Assembly: GCA_031835245.2 (NCBI GenBank)
Contig: JAVKOQ020000082.1
Coordinates: 171,475-191,474 of the forward strand
Direction of reading: 5' to 3'
DNA: 20,000 bases
Source of the DNA: Balamuthia mandrillaris
Taxonomy: Eukaryota
Below the pieces are notes generated by a model, which searched no databases, was not told the origin of the DNA, and saw only the letters and a list, made by a program, of their open reading frames with translations. The translations under genes and the position numbers were made by a program. This document shows, in pieces, positions 11,640-20,000 of this stretch. Numbering within the stretch: the first letter of the stretch is position 1; every line of letters begins with the position of its first letter.

Positions 11640-13535
11640 ATGAAAATAGCGGTCAAAGCAGAAAGGAAACGCCAGGTAGAAGGCCTGAGAGAGATGTTTC
11701 AGGGCAGCGATCTTACCCACTCCGTCATTGACACGGTGCTCGCTGTCAATAATGGCAACACAGATCACGCTGTGGACACCCTGCTAAACCTTGCCAGCGA
11801 TCCCATGCGCCCCGTGTCAGCTGCAGAAGACAGCCCCTGCCTAGCTGCGGCAGCCAAGCCTCCTAGACTCTTTCCGAACAACAATGCTTCCTCTGCAGGC
11901 CCGAGCGCCCCCACAAGCAGCAACAACAACTCCCCAGCAACTGGTGGTGCCTTGCCCAGCCAATCTATGACCACCCCAACCACCAGCAGCGAGGAGGTAA
12001 TCTCAAGAAAGGCCTTAAGGAAGCAGTTCCTGGATGCACAGGAACGTGAAGAAAGACTGCTTTTAGAAAAGGCGCAAGCTCATATTGACATGGCCATGTT
12101 TACCTCTCCCTCCTTGCCTGAGGACCCCTCCCTCTACCCAGAAAATGCCTCCCAAGGACCTGAAGAGCTTTCAGCACTCATCGATTCTCCCCCCTCTCCA
12201 CCTCTCATAGAGGAGCTCATTTTGGATGAGCAGCTGTTGCCCTCTTCGCCTTCTTCTACCATCCACTCTTCTTGCGACGAGGCCAAAACAAAATTGGTTG
12301 CTCCTTCTGCTGCTCCTGCAGGCCACACTTTGGCCGTTAACTACCGGCTCGCGGGCAATGTTTCCCCTAGCAAAGGAGACTGGATTGGTTTGTTCAAGCG
12401 TGGGCAACCTTCGCATTCCAAGTACCTCGAGTACCACAAAACAGGTGCTTTTCTCTGCTATTCTTCCCCTTTCTCTCTTCTTGTTAATGTTTTTCCCAAC
12501 AACAACCACAACAACATTTCCCCCACCATGTGAAATTCAGATGGCAACCAAGCAGGCTCTCTGCACTTCACTGCACCAGGGGTGGGCACCTATGAGTTTA
12601 GGTACTTCTCAAAGGGTTCTTCCGTGGAAACCGCCAAGTCCAATTACCTTGTTGTAGGTTTGTGGTGCTTTTTCCTCTCATAACTAATAGAACAAATCAT
12701 CTGATACGTTAAACATAGGCCCCCAAATTCAACTTATTCCAGTACTAAATGAAGCAGAACACACCATCAAAGTACATGCACGCTACGTAATAGGACAAAA
12801 GCACAGCGGCGACTGGATAGGATTGTTTAAAGTACTACGATTTCCTCTATCTTCTTTGGGTTTCTTCCTTCTGTTCTTCCTTTGCCCTTTCCTCCTCTCT
12901 TAAATACTCCGTTGGCTACCTGAAAGTCAACAACTTAACTCTGCTTGCAGGCAGGTACCTACCACAATAAAGAATACATAGAGCAACAGCCACTTGGGAA
13001 GTGCACAACTGTGACCTTCAAGGCACCAAAGCAACCAGGCCAGTACGAACTTCGTTATTTTCCCTCTGGCGCTGGCTACAATGACGTAGCTCGGAGCCCC
13101 TTAATCCGTATTGAAGGTGAGTGCATTTTGCTCTTTTTAAATGCTCCTTGCTTGTAGCTTATTAGCCTCTTTAAACAGACCGTGATGTTGTCATATGTTG
13201 CCCTTCAAAAGTGTCAATTGGGTCAATGGACAAGCTGAAAGCTAGCTGGAACATTTACAGTGTTGAGACTTCTTCCTGGGATTGGGTTGGGTTGTACCCG
13301 TTGAATGCGGTTGGAAAGAGAAGCTATGTAGCCTGCCAATATGCTACAACCAATTCTTGCACATTTGATATCCCAGCTAAACCTGGAGATTATGAGCTTA
13401 GGTCTGCTTTTCTATTTATTTTTCAAGTTTGATTGCTTTCTCACTTTTGTTTTTATAAACTATAACAGGTACTTTTCTTATACAACTGCTTCACAAGTTA
13501 AGCGAAGCAACAAGATTAGTGTTGTTGTTGAATAA
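11640..13535 (+). CDS. CUE ubiquitin-binding domain + three SKICH-like Ig-fold domains (496 aa)
   Basis: Exons 11640-12444, 12541-12657, 12719-12831, 12951-13116, 13179-13401, 13469-13535 join in frame. CUE-like LREMFQGSDLTHSVIDTVLAVNNGNTDHAVDTLLNL. Three repeats with DW[IV]GL[FY] ... G-x-YE[FL]RYF. Confidence 0.85.
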
Positions 13536-14100
13536 TGTTCGTTTTTTTAATCCATGTAATTAAGTTCAGCTTTTGTTAATTGGTCTACTGTGAAATAAAA
13601 AATACTTGTAACATGGTTGAATATTATAAATGATACCAACAAGTTTTTGTGAAATCTTGCATTGATGAACTGATTTTGCCGTTTTCTTTCTAAGTTCCTT
13701 TATATCCATCCTTTCCGAGGATAGTTGAAATGCAAAAGAACATTCATACTTCAACCTGCTGCAATTTCTTTATTAATTTTATTAATGTTATTTACCAAAC
13801 TTACCTATGAACACTTTTAAAAATCATCGACTCAATTGTGGTGGGCAAGAGATATTGATAGGTCCAAGGGGTACCTCTAAAAAACAGGGACAGACAAAAA
13901 AAGCAGTAACAATGAGGCGTCCTTCAGGGAAGTAGTGGCAGACGATAAAGAATTAGCAAGCTCAGCCTACTAGCCAGCTAGCCCTCCAGCAGCGAGGAGA
14001 TAAGTGCTGAGCTCACCCACCTCTCCTTATTATTTAGTATTGATGAGCCAAAGGAAAGCAGAGCTCCCTGCTGCCTGCAATAGCATTCAGCAACTGACCC

Positions 14101-16187
14101 ATGAAGAAGAAAAAACTACTACTCATCAGGCCTGTTTGTCCAGTATTGACTGAAGTAATTTGCCAGAGCCCTAAAGAGTGGCAGAAAAAAACCATGGCAG
14201 AGCTGTTGGACATGCTCTTTCCAGGCGTAGGCTTCATGATAAAAAACTGCTACTTTGGCAGGGTATGCAAAGAGCTGTCGACTTGGCTTCTCTTGAAGGG
14301 TACATTGTTTGTTGTGTGGTGGTAATTGGTGCTTGGCAAACTCATTTCCTGCCCTCCCTGCATGTGGGCCGTGAGAAGATGTTCTGTTCACAGGTGCAAA
14401 TCTGGCTCCCGCAAAGGAAACAGTTTTTGATCCTTGCAATCACAGAAGTGCAACTGGGGCACCTGTTGTGCTGCCTTCATGATCCCCACTTTTTTGCCAA
14501 TAAGACTGTAACGCAGGCCATGACAAAACAGGAGGAGGAACAGCATCGTGCCATCATGTCCCAAGCAGCACAAAAAAGAGAACCAGAAAACGAGAACAAG
14601 AAAGACATTCATTATGTCACCCCTTTGTTTCGGCAAAAGGAGATAGAACAGTGTTTTGGCAGTTCACTGTTTCACCAAGAGGTGAAGGAAAATGGTTGAT
14701 CTGCAACAAGCCTCATCAAGGGTAGTGGCAGCTGGGCTCCAAGAAATGTTGCAAAATGTTTGGTTTTGCAGTGTAGGTGCTCCTTTGTCTATTAGTAATG
14801 TTCAGAGAGGGCCAGGTACATGTGAGATCGAGTGTTTGACTGAAGACACTGCACAACAGTCAAGATCTCACCAGACATGCCCTTTCATGTAAATCTAGCT
14901 TTCTACCATGGAGTATCCATCCAAGGCACCACAACCACCAAGAAAAAACAAGACTGAAGACCTGATGTTCAACTTTCAATCTCCCACAACCAAGCTAGTG
15001 GTCATTTTGTACAAAACTCTCAAGTTTGCTCTGCCTTTCCCCTATGATGTTTTAAACAACTCATGCAAGGCAGCAGCCGTCATTCCTTTCCTTTTCTCTT
15101 TGTGGAGGTATCTGCAAAGGCCTTAGATATCGCACAAACCGACCATAAAGATCACAAAAAGCTTATATGCATGCAACTAGCCTGGGACCTTGCTGCACTA
15201 CTCGTTTGTCATACTACCTGCCCACTTTCTGTGAGATTCCTAAAGGCAGGGCCACCCACATAGCTGATACCCCCCTACCAAAGCACTAAAAGATAAAACA
15301 CAACCCAAAAAAGATACATCAGATAGGCAAGCAACAAGACCAGGGAGGAACAGAGACAAAGGCAAAGACAAACGCAAAGGCCATGGCAAAGATAGTGTGG
15401 AGGACAGAAAAGGACAGGGAGGTGGGAAGGGAACAGACACGCAAGATTCTGGCTTTATTCCCTTGTTTGATTCCACGGAGCTGCAACCCGAAGCCTCAGC
15501 GTTGTTGGAGATACAAAACCTGCTTCCAGCAGACCTTTTAGCTGACATCCGTGGCTGGGTGCCAAAAGTGAGGGCACAGACAGCTTTGTTCTTGTAGGAA
15601 GTGCAGCCCCTCACATTTCTTCCAACCCACCAACTGCCCAAAAAAGGGACGCAAAACATGGGTGGGCAAAGGGCCAGAAGGCAAGGTGGCCATCCTCAAA
15701 TGCAGGAAGAAGCTCAACCAAGAGATGGCCCTGCTCCACAAAGTCACGCCATCCCAACCTGCCCACCCCCCACTTCGCTGCAGAACGTCAGCTGCAGGAC
15801 AGGAGGCATGCCTACTGGATGTTGGACATGCAAGAAGCAGCTATGGGGCTGGCCAGTGGGGTGGTGTGTGCTTTGGCATGTGCAATGGACATTATGCACC
15901 TCCATAGCCATGGCATAAGCCACAGGGACATCAAGCCAGGGAATATCATGTGGGATCCAAGTACTCGCCATTGGGTCTTGCTGGACCTTGGAGGAATATG
16001 ACGCCTTCCTGCCAGACACATGGAGCTTTGGGAGAAGCATGCAGGCAAACAAAGGTGTTGCCCCATAGGAGCATGCCAGTATTGAGCAAGCTACTGGAGG
16101 AGGCCACCCAAACCTCACTGCAGGCCCTCCCTTCATGAGGCCTTGCCTGAGCTGCAAGAACTCCTTCACAAGCTTCACTTAAGTTGA
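14101..16187 (+). pseudogene. Degenerate multi-domain protein kinase gene (possibly Crinkler-like)
   Basis: Kinase motifs in shifting frames: KVAILK and NQEMALLHKV (~15680-15745), HRDIKPGN (15921-15944), DLG (15984), DTWSFG (16015-16032), RPSLHEAL near the end. Multiple stops and frameshifts, and the activation segment is missing. The 5' boundary is approximate. Confidence 0.75.
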
Positions 16188-16635
16188 TGGACTAAAAGCA
16201 AGAATTAGGGGGAGAGAAAAGAAAGAATCATAAGTATTGGTGTGAGTGATAATGAAAGATAGAAAATGCAGCACCAGCCCCATGGCAATTGGCCTAAAAA
16301 GAAAAGAGAGGAGAGGAAGGAGCTGTGCTGTACAAAATAAACAATAAAAGATATCAATATTATGGTTTCCTCGTTTTAGGTTTAATGAGTGAAAATGGGC
16401 ATGATTGGGTGGCTGGATTGTTTTTGTGGAGAATAATATCATATCCAGGTTTCCTTAATCCTCTGAACGGGATGATGACATCAAATGTGATTTACTTTTT
16501 CTATGGAGCCAAGTAAGATAATCTGAAATATAATACTTCTGGTGGCAAACGTAACTGCTTTGCAGTTGTTCACTGTTACAATCGTTTTCTGCAACAAACA
16601 AACAAAGCAAAGAGAAAAAACATGTGTGTATCAAC

Positions 16636-17370
16636 ATGGCTACTGGAAGAAGACAACATACTTGTGTTTGCTGTTTGGAGGAGCTTGCGGTTCAATGACA
16701 ACAAGAGGAAGCTCGAACCTCAGAAAGGGCAGAGCAGGAGATGGGAGAGGAAACAGATGATGATGACGACAAAGCAGAGATCCAATGTCTCTTTCAAGAT
16801 GGAAGAGTCTACCAAGCCATAATGGAAAGCGACTCTTGGGATATCTTTTTGCCACTCTCCGAGAGGGTAGTTTTGGACCTTTCAAGGGAGAGCAAACCTT
16901 ATGTGTTGTGTCATCAAACCCGTGGAAGGACTCCTAAACTTTCTTGGTTGGACCAACAAAACCAAACAAGTTCCCTCCTGAAGCCGAGTTTTACAAAGTT
17001 CTGCCACCTCTTTGGTTTCCTTGTCTATGCCATCTGATGCACAAAATAGACGCACAGCTTCCAAGTTGCTCTCACACAAAATCCAATCATTTCTTGTTGG
17101 AGTGCTACAATAAAAAACCTTAATCACTCACTAGGAAAACAAAAATGGAGAGCAAGTTGTTTACTTGTTGGACGGAAAGGAAGATGAGCCTTCATCTGTT
17201 TCCAAGAGGTCGATGGTTGGTTGGAAGAAGGGTTCAATGTAGAAGTTTGTAGTGTTTGCAATTTGTGTGACAAGACAGATTTGTGTCCTTGGTGGTCCAT
17301 TGTCTACTGAGGTCCTCGATTCTTTGCCACAGTTCTTTCACTGTCAATCTCTTGTTGTCCAACATAACCA
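16636..17370 (+). pseudogene. Decayed orphan coding sequence
   Basis: ATG at 16636 reads MATGRRQHTCVCCLEELAVQ*QQEEARTSERAEQEMGEETDDDDDKAEIQCLFQDGRVYQAIME. The TGA stops and excess Cys/His codons can be reverted to CGN Arg codons. Family not recognised and the 3' end is approximate. Confidence 0.5.
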
Positions 17371-17456
17371 CAACAGCAAAAATAAAAAGCAAGGAATATG
17401 TGTAAACAGTGTGAATGGTTGTGCACTTTTGTGATAAAATAAAATTTTGGGAGTTT

Positions 17457-17750
17457 TATTTAATTTATTGTAAGTTTATTGTCTTTCTGGTTGAGTCAAT
17501 TAGACTAGCAAACCCTCCTAAGGAGGGAAACCATCAGTGACAGGTTTGTGTTAAGTTTGTCCAGCAAGTCCCGGCCCACAACCGATTGGTATTCCTGGCA
17601 GATTCCTGGTAATAGCCCCAATGATTTGTGGGGTCATCGCTCCTCAGGTCTTCCTTGGGGGCAAAGGAAAGAGTCGATATGGCCGGAGTTGAAACCGCGA
17701 CCTTTGGAACAGCGAACCAACGCTGAACCGATAGGCCATGGTTGTGCCCC
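17457..17750 (-). mobile_element. tRNA-derived SINE with 12-bp target-site duplication
   Basis: Flanked by identical TTTTGGGAGTTT at 17445-17456 and 17751-17762. Minus-strand head carries A box TGGCCTATCGG (17738-17728) and B-box-like GGTTTCAACTCC (17696-17685). Hairpin CCCTCCT-A-AGGAGGG at 17513-17527 and a tail with three AATAAA. Confidence 0.8.
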
Positions 17751-18150
17751 TTTTGGGAGTTTGTTTTGCTTTTGGCCCTCTTTTTTTTTCTTTCAAATTT
17801 CATTTGATTGGTAGTCAAATCGTTGTGGTTTGCTGCAGACTTTGTGGAGGGCAACCAATGACAGAGAGCATTGCTGATACAGTGCTAGAAGAAGTGACAG
17901 CAAGTTGAAGGAAATTCAAAAGTGTTTTGTTCCCATAATAAAGGGGCTTGAATGTGCTTTCTTACGTCCAACCTCATGATTCTTTCTTTTGAGTTCAACT
18001 TGTGAAAGGACTGTGAAGCATAATAGTTTGTTTTGTTCTCAGTTGTTAAATCTGTTCAGCCTGCATTTTGTTTGAAAGAGAGACCACCATTGCTATGCCA
18101 TTATCCCTTTTTCTTTTGTTTTTTTGCTTGCATTCAAATTTCGAGATTAA

Positions 18151-18522
18151 CGCATTGGCTGCACCATACAGCACAGATAAGTCCTTTTCCGCTCTCTTTT
18201 CTTTTGTATGGCTGGCATCAGCTGTGCTGTATGGTGCAGATCAGCCCTTTTGTATGGCAGGCATGGGCTGCACTGTATGGTGCAAATCAGCTGGTTTCTC
18301 TTTTTTCTTTTGTATGACAAGCATGAGCTGTGCTATACAGTGCAGATCAGCCTTTTTCCCCAATTTTTTCTTTTATATAGCAGGCATGGGCTGCGCCATA
18401 CGGTGCAGATCAGCCCTTTTCTGCTCTCTTTTCTTTTGTATGGCTGGCATTGGCTACGCTGTGCAGCACAGAGCAGCCCTCTTCGGTTTTCTCTCTCTAC
18501 TATTGTATGGAAGGCATTGGCT
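18151..18522 (+). repeat. Tandem array of ~43-bp units with an 18-bp palindromic core and pyrimidine-rich spacers; probable transposon subterminal repeats
   Basis: Cores start at 18159, 18222, 18268, 18328, 18391 and 18454, with a partial unit at 18504. Inferred ancestral core CTGCGCCGTACGGCGCAG, preceded by TGTATGGCWGGCAT and followed by ATCAGCCC. Confidence 0.9.
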
Positions 18523-18721
18523 ATCCTTCCTATCCAATGAAAAGCAAATTTTTCAAATTTTTCTAGCAAGAGTGTTGAGTGTGTCATACGATGCAAAAGC
18601 GCCCTTTCCTTTCAACAAAGAATTTAGCAACCTTCATTGTGAAGGGCAGATCTTGTGCTGCACAGTACAAACAATACCTCTTATACCCTTTTGATTATTT
18701 ATCTATTCTGCCACCATTTTT

Positions 18722-20000
18722 TTTCTTGTAAAGTGTTTAGCTTTTGTTGATTCCTGGCTAACTTATGAGGTTTCTTTATCGGGACATCATTGCAGTAGTA
18801 AAAGAGCACCATGGCCTTCCAACCACCATCCAAACTGAAAAGCACTGCATGTCGGTTTTTTTCAAAGCAACATATCCGGACTTTACTGCTGTCAACAATA
18901 CTGTCTTTCCAGCATTCCATCAGAGTATTTTCAAGAGATGCACACCTATTATTGGACACTGGACTCAGAACAAGCCAGAACCAAATTTCTTGTATATTGC
19001 TTGCTTCTTTCTTATGGCCCTTATCAAGAGACCCAAGCTGTCCGGCCCTCCAAGCAACGATTGCTTTTGGCTGGTCATCTGGTTTGTTACAAAGCAATCC
19101 AAGTATGGCTGGCCCTTTCCAATAAGAAGTTTTATGCTTGCATGGACTTGTGGAAAACGGGAGCCACTTTACCTCTTCATTACAATCATGGCCTGGTTTG
19201 GCACTTCACCACCTGTTCGCAAACCAAAGCCTTGCTCACAGTGTACTTTGCCAATATGGGAGAATCCTTGCCAAACTCTGAAGTCATTCAGATTCCAATG
19301 ATATTGAATCAAAAAGCCTTGTATCAAGAAATGGTATTAAGCCTGGGACATGACCAAAGCATCAGTTATGCATGCTTTTTGCAAATGTTGCATGAAGATT
19401 TCTCTTATGTTCATTTTTCCAAGGTAAGCTTTGTTTTTTGAGAGTTTGTCAAAAGAAAGGAATGATTCATTGTTTTTATTCTAACAACCTGTTGATGGAT
19501 AATTGTTAATGCTTTCTGTATTAGCAAACCAGATTAGAAAAATGTGATCAATGTGCTCAGCTTGTAGTTCGTTTTAAACAATGCAAGAGTGTGGAGGCAT
19601 TGCAAGGCTTACAAAAGGAATGAAGTGATCATTTGCACTTTGTTCATTTACACAAAGAGAAGTATTACAAGCATTGTGCTAAAGCCAAAGCCTCTCCTTT
19701 CAAATACATTTCCATCATTATGGATTATACAGAGGCCATTTCTCTTCCCCATCATCATACTCCCCCAAAAGGCTGGACCATCAAAAAGTTTATTGGTGTC
19801 TCTTGTTTTGGACTGATAGATCATGGGCATCATCATCGTTATCTGTGTTATCATTTTGATCAGTGGTCATGTGATGCCAATTTAGTAATCAGTCATTTAT
19901 TTTACTTTCTCATGCAAACATTACAACAACCCATTCGAGCCCATCCCAACCAAACCCTCTACCTTCAAGCAGACAACTACTACAAAGAAAACAGAGGGAG
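18722..20000 (+). mobile_element. Sola-like (DUF7869-type) DDD transposase pseudogene, intron-containing, running off the window end
   Basis: Frame ~18722-19423 joins via a GTAAGC..TTAG intron (19424-19524) to 19525-20000. Motifs: CCQQYCL...YYWTLDSEQARTKFL (18887 onward), VCYKA, KCDQC (19540-19554), SIIMD (19711-19725), LYLQADNYYKEN (19957-19992). In-frame TGA stops at 18836 and 19621. True start not determined. Confidence 0.78.

Noticed and set aside
12645..12656. YLVV as an LC3/ATG8-interacting motif after the first SKICH-like repeat
   Set aside because: It aligns with the terminal beta-strand of the other two repeats (LIRI, ISVV), so it is probably structural and not an exposed linear motif.
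17673..17746. Functional tRNA gene on the minus strand
   Set aside because: The acceptor stem does not pair, T and anticodon stems are imperfect, and the sequence sits inside a TSD-flanked element.
18151..18522. CRISPR array (palindromic repeats with spacers)
   Set aside because: Spacers are short, mutually similar T/C-rich tracts rather than unique sequences, the repeats are degenerate, there are no cas genes and the context is eukaryotic.
18068..18694. 208-aa repetitive Cys/Phe-rich ORF
   Set aside because: It is a translation of the tandem DNA array; unit lengths are not all multiples of three and variation follows CpG decay, not codon constraint.
18699..19301. 178-aa plus-strand ORF (18765-19301) and 132-aa minus-strand ORF (18699-19097)
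   Set aside because: They are alternative frames overlapping the frame that carries the transposase motifs and the splice donor.

Overview
Eukaryotic, intron-rich genomic DNA (short GT-AG introns; gene content suggests a protist, possibly amoebozoan, which is inference). 1-13.6 kb holds five spliced host genes: a SulP/SLC26 anion transporter (+, 5' truncated), SAM synthetase (-), a BAR+RasGAP protein (+), a BSD-domain protein (-) and a CUE + 3x SKICH-like protein (+). There is also a possible 88-aa single-pass membrane microprotein. From ~13.8 kb to the end is a strongly CpG-depleted, decayed island. It contains a kinase pseudogene (possibly Crinkler-like), an orphan pseudogene, a tRNA-derived SINE with a perfect 12-bp target-site duplication, an array of an 18-bp palindrome at ~63-bp period, and an intron-containing Sola-like transposase pseudogene. 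The array records near-complete CpG->TpG/CpA conversion (21 of 24 sites) with little other change, which points to methylation-driven or RIP-like inactivation of mobile DNA.
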